A stretch of 62,528 nucleotides of DNA from Fidelibacterota bacterium (lineage in GTDB: Bacteria; Fidelibacterota; Marinisomatia; SCGC-AAA003-L08; D37C17). A model generated the notes under the pieces. It did not search any database. It had not been told where the DNA came from and saw only the letters and a list, made by a program, of their open reading frames with translations. This document shows, piece by piece, positions 52,559-62,528 of the stretch (positions are counted from its first letter, which is position 1; every line of letters starts with the position of its first letter). The stretch is taken from NCBI GenBank assembly GCA_002719095.1, contig PBGO01000024.1, positions 1 to 62,528 on the forward strand, read 5' to 3'. The translations under genes and the position numbers were made by a program.

Positions 52559-52600
52559 TTCAAACACTATGCCATAATATTTTTATGACAAATCGTCATA
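52559..52600 (-). promoter_or_regulatory. Putative sigma54-like promoter with adjacent palindrome upstream of groS
   Basis: TGGCATA-GTGT-TTGAA (-24/-12 spacing, GA instead of GC) and TATGAC-N5-GTCATA. Confidence 0.45.
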
Positions 52601-52601
52601 A

Positions 52602-53039
52602 CTATTTACCAGTACTCCCAAATCCTCCATCTCCTCTAGATGACTTAGTAAGCTGATTTTTTATCTTGAATGTAATTTGTGAACAATCATGAGCGACTAA
52701 TTGAAATAATCTATCACCTTTTTTAATTGAAAAATTAAAATCTTTTATATTGTCACAACATGCCATTATTTCACCTCTGTAGCCACCGTCAATTAAACCA
52801 ATCGAGTTTGACATTCTCAAAGGAGTTTTACTTATACTTGAACGTGGCATCAAATAGTACGCCTTACTATCTGCAGGTTCACATGCAATGCCCAATTTTA
52901 TTATCTTGGTTTCACCTGCTAAAAAAGTAACATCATCAAGAATGTATAAATCTAGTCCAGCATCACCTTGATGAAAATGTTTATGATTTTGATAGTAATT
53001 AATAGCTTTTTCATTTAAAATTTTAATATATATTTTCAT
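52602..53039 (-). CDS. dut: dUTP diphosphatase
   Basis: DAGLDL, PRSS, GLID.GYRGEI, GDRLFQL, RGDGGFGSTG. Confidence 0.95.
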   Translation of the reverse strand: MKIYIKILNEKAINYYQNHKHFHQGDAGLDLYILDDVTFLAGETKIIKLGIACEPADSKAYYLMPRSSISKTPLRMSNSIGLIDGGYRGEIMACCDNIKDFNFSIKKGDRLFQLVAHDCSQITFKIKNQLTKSSRGDGGFGSTGK

Positions 53040-54978
53040 TTTGTTTTATTGGTTCTATCCAATCTCCATTTTCTTTAATTAAATCAATAAGCGCTTTGTC
53101 TGCTGTTTCCATTGGGACATCTCTTTGAATTACGTCCTGTTTTTTGTATAAAGAAATTTTTCCTATACCTGTACCAACATAACCATAATCTGCATCTGCC
53201 ATTTCACCTGGACCATTTACAATACATCCCATAATACCAATTTTAAGACCTTTTAAATGTTCGGTTTTAGATCTTATTCTAGCTGTCACTTCTTGCAAAT
53301 CAAACAAAGTTCTTCCACACGAAGGGCAGGAAATATATTCGGTTTTGGTGATTCTTGTTCGACTAGCCTGAAGAATACCAAATGATGTTTTATTGATTGA
53401 GGAAAGATTAGCTTTAAGCTTGTTTGAAAGAAATATACCGTCTCCAAGCCCATCAATTAGTACACCACCAATATCAATTGTGCTATTTATCTGCAATTTA
53501 GAATCTGATATATTATGATATGAATTTGAAATGAGCACAGGTACCTCACATCCTGCATTAATCAAATTAATAAAAAACTTTCTAAAATCTTTCATTGTAT
53601 TTTTTTTACTACTTTTAGCAACTAAAACAACAGAAGATTGACTCTTTAATTTTTGAATGATTTCTTCACAAAATTCATCACATTCAAGTTCAACAAACAT
53701 AAGTATAGTATTACAATTATAATTCTTTAGAAAGTCTTCTTTTTTCATTAAGGGATAGAAATTTTTACGCTTTTCTTTAACCCAAACAGAGTAATCTTGT
53801 ATCACTCCCAGAGTTCCAGGCAAATCGAAATCAAGATTATTTTTGCCTAAGAATAAATAGTCGCATGCGAAATCACTTATTCCCCACTTATCATCTTTTT
53901 TAAAATATTTATAACCTAATTCTCCTAATGTTTTACGGTTGATATTTTTACGATTACTTAAATCGTTCACAACTCTTGGAACATTATTGCCTCCTATATT
54001 TAAAATTTCTCTACTTTTTCTAATATTATATTCAAAAGGATTTATATCATATTTAATACTTTCAAAGGATACTTTGCTTTTATCTAAATTTTTATATTTA
54101 TTAACAATCGTTTTTGCTACAGGAATTTCATATTCAGGCTCTTCAGTTAAAGAAACTCTGATAGTATCCCCAAGTCCATCTTCAAGTAGAGTCCCAATAC
54201 CTAGTGCTGATTTAATTCTACCATCTTCTCCCTCACCAGCTTCAGTAACACCTAAATGAAGAGGATAAAACATATTTTCTTTATTCATACTATTTACTAA
54301 AAGTCTGTAAGCCTGAATCATCACTATCGGATTACTTGCTTTCATCGATAAAACAATATTATGAAAGTTTTCGTCAGCACAAATTCTTAGGAATTCCATT
54401 GCAGATTCCACCATTCCTCTTGGGGTATCCCCATAGCGACTCAATATACGATCTGACAATGAACCATGATTTGTTCCAATTCTCATGGCAGTTCCATACT
54501 CTTTGCAAACTTTTAATAAAGGAAGAAAACGATTCCTGATTCGTGAAATTTCATTTTCGTATTCGGAATCTGTATAATTTATGTGATCAAACTTTTTTCT
54601 ATCAGCATAGTTTCCAGGATTTATCCTTACTTTCTCAACTATTCTGGCTGCTATTTGTGCAGCGTTTGGAGTAAAATGAATGTCAGCAATTAGAGGAGTT
54701 TTATAACCTTTTTTTCTTAATTCTTTTCTTATATTTGCTAAATTTTCTGCTTCTTTTCTGCCTGGAGCTGTTATTCTAACATATTCACAGCCAGCATTAA
54801 TCATTCTAACGGATTGCTCAACAGTACTTTTGGTATCCATTGTATTAGTTGTCGTCATAGATTGAACTCTAATTGGATAATTGCTACCAATGAATACGCC
54901 ACCAACATTTACTTCACAAGTTTTTCTTCTTGAGTAAGCTAAAATAGAATCACAATATTTGTTAGATAATTTTTCCAC
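53023..54978 (-). CDS. ispG: HMBPP synthase IspG, long (three-domain) form
   Basis: RVQSMTTT, ADIHF, RINPGN, HLGVTEAG, SCPSCGRT, MGCIVNGPGE; GTG start. Confidence 0.97.
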   Translation of the reverse strand: MEKLSNKYCDSILAYSRRKTCEVNVGGVFIGSNYPIRVQSMTTTNTMDTKSTVEQSVRMINAGCEYVRITAPGRKEAENLANIRKELRKKGYKTPLIADIHFTPNAAQIAARIVEKVRINPGNYADRKKFDHINYTDSEYENEISRIRNRFLPLLKVCKEYGTAMRIGTNHGSLSDRILSRYGDTPRGMVESAMEFLRICADENFHNIVLSMKASNPIVMIQAYRLLVNSMNKENMFYPLHLGVTEAGEGEDGRIKSALGIGTLLEDGLGDTIRVSLTEEPEYEIPVAKTIVNKYKNLDKSKVSFESIKYDINPFEYNIRKSREILNIGGNNVPRVVNDLSNRKNINRKTLGELGYKYFKKDDKWGISDFACDYLFLGKNNLDFDLPGTLGVIQDYSVWVKEKRKNFYPLMKKEDFLKNYNCNTILMFVELECDEFCEEIIQKLKSQSSVVLVAKSSKKNTMKDFRKFFINLINAGCEVPVLISNSYHNISDSKLQINSTIDIGGVLIDGLGDGIFLSNKLKANLSSINKTSFGILQASRTRITKTEYISCPSCGRTLFDLQEVTARIRSKTEHLKGLKIGIMGCIVNGPGEMADADYGYVGTGIGKISLYKKQDVIQRDVPMETADKALIDLIKENGDWIEPIKQNENIY

Positions 54979-55023
54979 GAAAATATACTATAATTTAATA
55001 CTGTTTATTTGTAATATAAAATA

Positions 55024-56814
55024 ATGACTATTAGAACTTTCATTTTAGGTATTATCCTTTCGATTATTTTGGGATCTGCTAATGCATATTTAGGTCTTTT
55101 TGCAGGAATGACTATTTCTGCTTCAATACCTGCTGCAGTTTTATCAATGGGAATTTTGTCATTGTTTAAGAATTCCTCAATTAAAGAAAATAATCTAGTG
55201 CAAACTTCAGCATCAGCAGGTGAGTCTCTTGCAGCTGGAATAATATTTACAATTCCTGCTTTAATTTTAATTGGTAGAGAAGATGGCTACATAGGTTGGG
55301 ATAATTTTAATTATTCTAAAATATTGTTATTTTCAATGATAGGCGGAATTATGGGTATTTTTTTTACAATACCATTAAGAAATGCATTAATAAGAAATGC
55401 TAAACTTAGCTTTCCTGAAGGACAAGCTACAGCTAAAGTACTTCAGGTAGGAGAAGATTTGAGGCAAGAATATTCAAAGGCATCTTTCTCAAACTTTAAA
55501 AGTATGATTTATTCCTCAGTTATTGGCGCTCTTTTCAAATTATTTCAATCAGGATTTCATATCTTACCTGAAGTGTTTTCGAAAGCTAGTCATTTTTTTA
55601 ACTCAACATTGGCATTTGGTTTATCATTATCACCTGCACTGGTTTCAGTTGGTTTCATTGTTGGGAAACGGATTTCTTTAATGATTTTTTCAGGAGGAGC
55701 TCTTGCATGGTTTTTAATTTTACCAATTCTATCTATTTTATCGGAAAAAAGAATTGATGATCCAATGAATTTTTCATACACAATTTGGAATTCGCAAATT
55801 CGATATATTGGTGTTGGCGCAATGCTTGTTGGAGGTATTTGGTCATTAATTTCAGTTGCAAGTTATCTATTGAAAGAATTATCAAATCGCAATTCAAAAT
55901 CAAATTTTGACAGTAAGGATGATTTGTCATATAGATTTGTAATAGTAACTATGTCAATAATATATATTTTGTTAGTATATCTTTTTTACCAAGAAGTTGG
56001 CTCACTACTGTTTTCTACTGGAATTTCAACAATAATTATAATAATGGCATTTCTTTTTTGTTCAGTTGCTGCTTACATGGCGGGTATAGTTGGTTCTTCA
56101 AATAATCCCATATCTGGTGTTACTATTGCCACAATAATGTTTGCAAGCTCAATCATACTCTTATTAAAAGGCTCCATAGATTCTGGTCCAATAATATCGA
56201 TTTTAATCGGTTCGGTCATTTGTTGCGCTGCTGCAATTGGTGGTGATAATATGCAAGATCTTAAAACAGGTGAAATCATTAATGCATCTCCTTGGAAACA
56301 ACAGATTATGCAATTAGTTGGCGCTATATCCGCAGCTGTAGTAATGGGTTTTGTAATAATAATTTTGCATGATGCTTATGGTATTGGTACAGGCTTAAAA
56401 GCACCACAAGCAAATTTAATGAAAATGGTTTCAGTTGGTATTTTCTCCAAAAATCTTCCGTGGAATATGGTTTTGACCGGCTCATTTATTGCGATTCTGA
56501 TTATCATTTACAATTTAATTTTCAAATCACAAATTCAAGTATTAGCAGTTGCAGTGGGAATATATCTCCCATTAGAACTTTCAACACCTATTTTGATTGG
56601 GGGATTAATTGCCTCATCGATTAAAGATACTGATAAAGGAATTTTAATTAGCTCCGGAATTATTACAGGTGAGGCACTAATGGGTATTTTTATTGCATTA
56701 CCAATTTTTTTATCGGGAAATAAGAATTGGTGGCCTCAATATATGCCTTTAGAAATAGGAGGTATAATAATTTTTATTCTTTTTCTATTTTGGTTTTGGA
56801 ACAGATCGAGATAA
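55024..56814 (+). CDS. OPT-family oligopeptide transporter
   Basis: NAYLGLFAGMT.SASIPAAV, FPEG.ATA.VL, GSSNNPISG, MQDLKTG, APQA.LM. Confidence 0.93.
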   Translation: MTIRTFILGIILSIILGSANAYLGLFAGMTISASIPAAVLSMGILSLFKNSSIKENNLVQTSASAGESLAAGIIFTIPALILIGREDGYIGWDNFNYSKILLFSMIGGIMGIFFTIPLRNALIRNAKLSFPEGQATAKVLQVGEDLRQEYSKASFSNFKSMIYSSVIGALFKLFQSGFHILPEVFSKASHFFNSTLAFGLSLSPALVSVGFIVGKRISLMIFSGGALAWFLILPILSILSEKRIDDPMNFSYTIWNSQIRYIGVGAMLVGGIWSLISVASYLLKELSNRNSKSNFDSKDDLSYRFVIVTMSIIYILLVYLFYQEVGSLLFSTGISTIIIIMAFLFCSVAAYMAGIVGSSNNPISGVTIATIMFASSIILLLKGSIDSGPIISILIGSVICCAAAIGGDNMQDLKTGEIINASPWKQQIMQLVGAISAAVVMGFVIIILHDAYGIGTGLKAPQANLMKMVSVGIFSKNLPWNMVLTGSFIAILIIIYNLIFKSQIQVLAVAVGIYLPLELSTPILIGGLIASSIKDTDKGILISSGIITGEALMGIFIALPIFLSGNKNWWPQYMPLEIGGIIIFILFLFWFWNRSR

Positions 56815-57546
56815 TAACAATAATTTATTTTTAAGCTTATTAAAATTAAAAATTTTCACTCTTTCAATTGATAAATAGACGGAAGAATTTATATTATTTT
56901 TTGATTTTTTGAAGTCTTCGAATTCGTATCCTAGTATAATGTTAAAATCTTTTTTAATCTGAAAAAAAAGTTCCAAGGAAATCTCTATCCTTGATAAATC
57001 ATCTAATTTGATATCTGTTATTTGTATATAATCTTCAATTTCTAATTTTATCTCATAAGAATCAAAATCTTGATCCCAATAAACGCCTGTTTTGAAGTAT
57101 GAGGTTTTAGAAGAATCATTTAGATAATCACTAACATCATATGCTATTCCAATCTCAGTGTTTAAATGTGCATTTTTATTTTTCTTTAGGAAATAACCAA
57201 ACCCTTGATTACCGTGATATCTTACATTAACTCCAATTTTGGTATTTTGGTCGATTGCAATTGTTGTGTAATTATACATATTTTTTAAATCTAAAAATTT
57301 TCTACTATTTTTGTATCTAATCTTCTGATAAGTATTGTTTTCAATTAGATGAATGTATATTCTTAAGTCTCTAAAAGTATAATCAGTAGTTCTTTTTAGT
57401 CTTAAGTATCCACCAAAGCCATAGTTATGTTCTTCATTAACAATGAAAGTTCCTCTGTGGTACCTTTTCCATTCTGGATCTGATTCAATATTGTGGGAAC
57501 ATAAAATTGAAAGAAAAAAAAATAAAAAATATATATTGAACCTCAT
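56785..57546 (-). CDS. Putative outer-membrane beta-barrel (DUF481-like)
   Basis: Signal peptide; alternating aromatic strands, NQGFGY. Confidence 0.55.
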   Translation of the reverse strand: MRFNIYFLFFFLSILCSHNIESDPEWKRYHRGTFIVNEEHNYGFGGYLRLKRTTDYTFRDLRIYIHLIENNTYQKIRYKNSRKFLDLKNMYNYTTIAIDQNTKIGVNVRYHGNQGFGYFLKKNKNAHLNTEIGIAYDVSDYLNDSSKTSYFKTGVYWDQDFDSYEIKLEIEDYIQITDIKLDDLSRIEISLELFFQIKKDFNIILGYEFEDFKKSKNNINSSVYLSIERVKIFNFNKLKNKLLLLSRSVPKPK

Positions 57547-59822
57547 TTTATGATTGCCAACTTTGCGACGTTCGTTTTACTGTGTTCATTTTTTACAACA
57601 ATGAAATAAATTCCTGTATCGAAATTAGATAAATCAGTAAATGTAACTTTACTTTCGTTGTATGGGATTTGATTTTTTTTTAATACTCTGCCATCAATTG
57701 TCATAACAACTACCTCAGTTCCGTACGATATGTTGTCAATCTCTAATAAAGAATGTTCATTTAATATAAATGGGTTTGGAGAGATCCTAATTCTTTCACT
57801 AATTGGATTATTTGAAAAAGGAACATCAAAAACTGAAAGTCCTTTTTCAGATGATAAAAAAACTCTCCCATTTTCATAGTCAAATGCCACATCTGTTAGA
57901 TTATCTGTTTTTAAATCACTGTTTTGAGCTGTAATTCCATCTTGAGATGGCCAAAAACTTAAATCATTTTTTATAACTCTAAGACCACTGTGATTTGTTA
58001 TAATCCAAACGTTATTGCTAGGATCTACGCGAATTTTGTCTCCTTTTTGAAAAGGTATATTTGTAAAAAAATCGATTGGATAAACTGGGTCAATTCTGTT
58101 ACCTGTTATGCTATATCCTTGAACACCATTACTTGTAAGCATCCATAAAATATCCTTGTTCTCAAATTTACCAAAATCTAAAGACCAAACATTTACATTC
58201 CTGTCATCTCCAGGAAGAGAATCAAGATTTTCGATATTAATCCAATTACCATCTAGCGTAACTAGTTTTATTCCACCGCTTGAGTAAAGATTGCCGTCAA
58301 TGGTTGATTCATTTCTAAATCCAATCCAAATTCTTCCCCATTGATCAAAAGAAATCTCTTGTGGCAAATAAGAAATATTGTCTTGAGCAGTAATTGAGTT
58401 CCAAGTAAAATCTGAAGTGTTAAAATATTTTAATATTTTTCTTTCAGTTTCAGAGTAGGGGTTTACAATCCATATGTTATTGTAGTCATCTTTCAAAACT
58501 TGGTTTATAGTTAAATAGCCGTTTGATAAGTCATTATAATAAATACCATCTAGCCCTTCGAGCTGATCAGAACTAATAATATCAATTAAGTCTTTTGCAA
58601 CCGGATCAATTAAAATTAAACCCCCCTTATTATCTTCATCAGGCAATATCCCACTATTTGGGATGAATAGGGTGTTATTATGAGCAACAAGACCTGAAGA
58701 AATCTTACTGCCTGGTACGTAATCAAGTTGAGTGGCATTAAAATTATTACAATCTGTGTTCACAATATAAAAAGATGAATCAAAGTTGTTTGAAAGAAAA
58801 TTTTCAAATATTGAACCATCATAGCTAAAAGCTCCTTTTCTTGAAACTCCGTATAAAATACCATCATTGAAAGTCAATGATTCAATATTCGAACTCAAAA
58901 GCGTATTTGGTGAACATTTTTGAATATTTGTATTTAAAATCCATAATCCTTGATCAATATGTGATAAATAAATTATATCTTCTTTAACAAGGATAGATGA
59001 AGCTTTTGAAAGCGATAATTCATATTCTGAAGAAAATTGATGATTTTGATTTATTTTTAATATCCCGCTACCATGAAGTATATACAATTCAAAATCGTTA
59101 TAGTTAAATGAGTCTATGAAATCTATTGCAGGAACTTGTATGTCAGGATTAGCATTGAAGGCATAATTCTCATCCATAATTCTAATACCATCATCACATA
59201 TTGCAAATAATTGACCATTAAATACAATAACATCTAACAAAGATGTACTGTCAAAATATTTTGTCCAACTTGAATTATTTTTAAGATTTTGATCTAAATT
59301 TCCAACATATAATCCATTATTTGACTGAATATAAATTTTATTTTGAAATACAATCGACTTTGAAAAAGTTGTTCCAAAAGAAGCGAAACCGTCATAGTAA
59401 TCTTGATAAGTTAGCTGATCATTAGAGTAGCTTATTTCAATGACGCCATGAACTTCGTTTTTTTCATATAGCATAAAGACTGAATTATTATAAAAATTGA
59501 TGTGGTAAGCAGAATCTAATATTAAATGATTTAAAACTAAATTATCAGAATGATTTCTGAGAGTTCCATTTTCACAAAGAATCCAAAAATCATCGTTGAT
59601 TATTTCAAAGTCACTTATGTTGCAATCAATATTATCAATATTAGGAATATTAAATTTTCTTAAAATAGTATTAAACTCTGTCAAAACACCATTGTTTTGA
59701 GCATAAATATTATCTTGATTAAAAATTATTTTTTCAAAACCAAGATTAGAATGTATGTTCTGCCAATTTGTAGGTGAACTAGCTATTTTTAAACATAATA
59801 GAAATATCAATGCAATTGACAA
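57543..59822 (-). CDS. PorZ-like beta-propeller protein with T9SS type-A C-terminal domain
   Basis: Propeller repeats (D..NNIW, FDQWGRIWIG); tail ISPNPF...MTIDGR...TGIYFI...KLAIIK. Confidence 0.72.
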   Translation of the reverse strand: MSIALIFLLCLKIASSPTNWQNIHSNLGFEKIIFNQDNIYAQNNGVLTEFNTILRKFNIPNIDNIDCNISDFEIINDDFWILCENGTLRNHSDNLVLNHLILDSAYHINFYNNSVFMLYEKNEVHGVIEISYSNDQLTYQDYYDGFASFGTTFSKSIVFQNKIYIQSNNGLYVGNLDQNLKNNSSWTKYFDSTSLLDVIVFNGQLFAICDDGIRIMDENYAFNANPDIQVPAIDFIDSFNYNDFELYILHGSGILKINQNHQFSSEYELSLSKASSILVKEDIIYLSHIDQGLWILNTNIQKCSPNTLLSSNIESLTFNDGILYGVSRKGAFSYDGSIFENFLSNNFDSSFYIVNTDCNNFNATQLDYVPGSKISSGLVAHNNTLFIPNSGILPDEDNKGGLILIDPVAKDLIDIISSDQLEGLDGIYYNDLSNGYLTINQVLKDDYNNIWIVNPYSETERKILKYFNTSDFTWNSITAQDNISYLPQEISFDQWGRIWIGFRNESTIDGNLYSSGGIKLVTLDGNWINIENLDSLPGDDRNVNVWSLDFGKFENKDILWMLTSNGVQGYSITGNRIDPVYPIDFFTNIPFQKGDKIRVDPSNNVWIITNHSGLRVIKNDLSFWPSQDGITAQNSDLKTDNLTDVAFDYENGRVFLSSEKGLSVFDVPFSNNPISERIRISPNPFILNEHSLLEIDNISYGTEVVVMTIDGRVLKKNQIPYNESKVTFTDLSNFDTGIYFIVVKNEHSKTNVAKLAIIK

Positions 59823-59824
59823 TA

Positions 59825-60274
59825 CTAACCTTTAATTTTGTTATAAATACGCAAAACTCCCAAAGCAGCTTCCATTGCTTCTCTTCCTTTATTAGAATTA
59901 TTTTTCTTTGAGCGTTCAAGAGCTTGTTTCATGTCATCAGTTGTAAGTATACCAAAACCAATAGGAATATCATAGTTTAAAATCATTTTCATTAAGGCTC
60001 TTGATGTTTCGGTAGCGATATAATCATAATGCTTTGTTTGTCCCTTAATGATGCATCCCAAAGCTACTATTAAATCAGCTTTATTTTTTTTTAATATTTG
60101 AGATACTACTCCAGGTATTTCAAAAGCACCTGAAACTTTAAATATATCTATATTATTTTTTGATCCACCAGAATTAATAAAACACTCAATAGCTGAATCC
60201 AACAGAGAATCTGTAATAATTGGATTAAATTCACTAACAACAATACTTAATCTGGTATCTTGAATATTAATCAT
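59825..60274 (-). CDS. ribH: 6,7-dimethyl-8-ribityllumazine synthase
   Basis: SEFN..IT, GAFEIP, LGC.IKG.T.H, FGILT, NKG. Confidence 0.96.
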   Translation of the reverse strand: MINIQDTRLSIVVSEFNPIITDSLLDSAIECFINSGGSKNNIDIFKVSGAFEIPGVVSQILKKNKADLIVALGCIIKGQTKHYDYIATETSRALMKMILNYDIPIGFGILTTDDMKQALERSKKNNSNKGREAMEAALGVLRIYNKIKG

Positions 60275-61487
60275 TACCAAGCTCTGATAAGAAGTGACCT
60301 AACTTATCTCTTTTAGTTTTTAGATATTTTTCATTTGCTGAATTTGATTTTATTTCAATTGATTCTCGACCAGTGATTAACAAATCATAACCCTCTAAAC
60401 CGATGATTTTTTTTGGATTATTTGTAAGCAGCTTCATTTTCTTTACACCACACTCTTTTAAGATCTGGGCTCCTATTCCATACTCGCGTAAATCAGAAGA
60501 GAAACCTAATTTATGGTTTGCCTCAACAGTATCTAGTCCTTGATCTTGTAATTGATAAGCTAAAATTTTATTTTTAAGACCTATCCCTCTTCCTTCCTGT
60601 CTTAGATAAACAAGAACACCGGAATCACATTTAGAAATTTTTTCTAATGCACTCACTAGTTGTGGGCCACAGTCACATCTTAATGATGCAAGTAAATCAC
60701 CAGTAAGGCATTGAGAATGGACTCTTACCAAAGGTTCTTTTTCTGAATTTACTTCACCTTTGATAAGAGCAATATGATGATCTCCATGTATTTTATCTTC
60801 GAAAAGCTTCATTTTAAATTCACCAAATTTTGTTGGCAAAGGAATGTCAACAATCTCCTCAACTAACTTTTCTTTTTTTCTTCTATACTCAATTAAATCA
60901 GCAATGGATATAATTAATAAGTCATGAATCTTAGCAATTTCCTTCAACTTATCCATACGAGCCATCGTACCGTCTTCATCGACAATTTCCACTAAAAGAG
61001 CCATAGGATTATGCCCTGCAAGCCTACATAAGTCAGTACACGCTTCTGTATGCCCAGCTCTTTGAAGAACTCCACCATCCTTAGCTATTAGAGGAAACAT
61101 ATGTCCTGGACGCACTAAATCAGATGGTAAGGAATTATCATCGAGCAGCACTTGTAAAGTTTGCCATCTGTCTTTAGCTGAAATTCCAGTTGTGATTTTA
61201 TCCTTAGCATCAACACTGACTGTAAAGTTGGTTCTCATGCTCTCTGTATTATTTTCAACCATAGGTGCTAATTCTAGTGATTTAGCTTTTTGTGAAGTTA
61301 AGGAAGTACAGATTAAGCCTCTCCCATATTTCATCATAAAATTTATATCTTCTGGCGTTGCTTTTTCTCCAGATATGATAAAGTCTCCCTCATTTTCTCT
61401 GTTTTCATCATCAACAACTATAAGCATTGATCCTTTCTTGAAATCGTTTATTGCTTTTTCAATCAAATTTATTTTGTTCTTATCCAA
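60267..61487 (-). CDS. ribBA: Bifunctional DHBP synthase / GTP cyclohydrolase II
   Basis: DDENRENEGD, RAGHTEA, RVHSQCLTGD, RCDCG, QEGRGIG, TNNPKK. Confidence 0.97.
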   Translation of the reverse strand: MDKNKINLIEKAINDFKKGSMLIVVDDENRENEGDFIISGEKATPEDINFMMKYGRGLICTSLTSQKAKSLELAPMVENNTESMRTNFTVSVDAKDKITTGISAKDRWQTLQVLLDDNSLPSDLVRPGHMFPLIAKDGGVLQRAGHTEACTDLCRLAGHNPMALLVEIVDEDGTMARMDKLKEIAKIHDLLIISIADLIEYRRKKEKLVEEIVDIPLPTKFGEFKMKLFEDKIHGDHHIALIKGEVNSEKEPLVRVHSQCLTGDLLASLRCDCGPQLVSALEKISKCDSGVLVYLRQEGRGIGLKNKILAYQLQDQGLDTVEANHKLGFSSDLREYGIGAQILKECGVKKMKLLTNNPKKIIGLEGYDLLITGRESIEIKSNSANEKYLKTKRDKLGHFLSELGND

Positions 61488-61494
61488 TATTTTC

Positions 61495-62088
61495 TCATTT
61501 TTGTTTAATTAACATTTTTTCAACATATTTAGCAATTATATCTGTCTCAATATTAACAATATCATTAGTTGAAATTAAACCAAAAGTCGTATGCGATAAA
61601 GTATGAGGAATAATCCAAATATCAATAATATTTTCTTCTATTCTAGCAATCGTTAAAGATACTCCATTAATAGCAATTGAACCCTTATGAATACAATATT
61701 TTAACAAATCATCAGATATTTTAATTTTTACTATGAAATTTTCTTCTTCTTTGATGATTTTTACAACTAATCCAGTTCCCTCAATATGGCCTTGAACTAT
61801 ATGTCCATCAAATCTTGAACTTGCACTCATAGCTTTTTCTAAATTGACATTATCCCCCACGCTAAGATATTTTAAATTAGTTTTATTTATAGTTTCTAGA
61901 ACAACATCAGCGTTAAATATTTTATTATCTACTGAAGTTACTGTTAAGCAAACTCCATTGATAGAAATACTATCACCAACGGAAGTTCCATCTAAAAAAC
62001 TACCAGCAGTAACTGCTAACTTGATAGATTTATCGCATTTTTTAACACTATCTATTTTACCAATACCTTGAACTATTCCTGTGAACAT
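61495..62088 (-). CDS. ribE: Riboflavin synthase alpha
   Basis: MFTGIV, GDSI.INGVCLTV, GH.VQGH, NGVSLT, IPHT, NIETD. Confidence 0.97.
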   Translation of the reverse strand: MFTGIVQGIGKIDSVKKCDKSIKLAVTAGSFLDGTSVGDSISINGVCLTVTSVDNKIFNADVVLETINKTNLKYLSVGDNVNLEKAMSASSRFDGHIVQGHIEGTGLVVKIIKEEENFIVKIKISDDLLKYCIHKGSIAINGVSLTIARIEENIIDIWIIPHTLSHTTFGLISTNDIVNIETDIIAKYVEKMLIKQK

Positions 62089-62528
62089 AATATTTCCTTT
62101 TCGTAAACTTGTAATTCATCAGAACCAAGCATAATTGAATTCTTTAGCTTCCAATTATTATTTATTACTATTGGATTACGTAAAGTTGCATCTTTTATTT
62201 CGTTTTCCGAAGTGTAAATATAAAGTTCATCAATAATATTTAGACAATCCAATGAGCTTATAATTTTTGGACCACTTTCAACTAAGACAGAAGTAATTCC
62301 TTCATTTGCAACTTTTGCAAAAATTTCGTTGAAATCAAGCAAACCATTTACCTCTTTAACTGGTATGAATTTAGTATTTTTAACGCTATTTTTTTTAAAT
62401 TTTTCGTTAGAACAAAAAACTAAATTATTTACCTCATCATCAACATAAATTTTCAAGTCAAGAGGTAATGTTCGATTAGTGTCAATAACTATTCTTTTGG
62501 GATTAACACCTACAACTTCTCTAACTGT
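62073..62528 (-). CDS. ribD: RibD, C-terminal reductase part (starts beyond window)
   Basis: Open to window edge: TVREVVGVNPKRIVID..., GITSVLVESG, IDELY; rib operon order. Confidence 0.88.
   Translation of the reverse strand, partial: TVREVVGVNPKRIVIDTNRTLPLDLKIYVDDEVNNLVFCSNEKFKKNSVKNTKFIPVKEVNGLLDFNEIFAKVANEGITSVLVESGPKIISSLDCLNIIDELYIYTSENEIKDATLRNPIVINNNWKLKNSIMLGSDELQVYEKEILCSQE

Noticed and set aside
53400..54100. Extra central domain in IspG
   Set aside because: Known long IspG type (plants, Chlamydia, Bacteroidota), not novel
62073..62528. FMN riboswitch for the rib operon
   Set aside because: The operon start lies outside the window, so it cannot be assessed

Overview
AT-rich, densely packed bacterial chromosomal segment, mostly transcribed on the minus strand. 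Gene content and sequence style suggest a streamlined marine FCB-superphylum organism such as Marinimicrobia/SAR406 (inference). Most genes are housekeeping: recN, nnr, acpS, secG-tpiA-pgk, folB/K/D, lepB, ggt, rnhB, thrS-infC-rpmI-rplT-pheST-zapA, tmk, rsmI, cdsA, pyrD, groESL, dut, ispG, the rib operon and six tRNAs. No integrase, IS or CRISPR was seen. Main points of interest: (1) a selenoprotein missed by the ORF track (UshA-like, C-G-U motif, in-frame TGA with an fdhF-like SECIS hairpin 11 nt downstream) at the end of a rhodanese-MauE/DoxX operon; (2) a seven-gene cluster of unknown function built around an orphan GlmL/MutL-family ATPase, a barrel-sandwich/KOW protein, a small protein and four membrane proteins, running directly into the lysine-catabolic lat-pcd pair; (3) the same acidic DxNxNGxWDxGE repeat inserted in two unrelated envelope proteins, plus inserted TM hairpins in LepB and the PpiD-like protein; (4) a minimal TPP riboswitch controlling a TonB receptor and Na+/solute symporter; (5) a poly-A frameshift in rnhB, an AUA-initiated infC, T9SS-like (PorZ/SprE-like) genes and a sigma54-like groES promoter.
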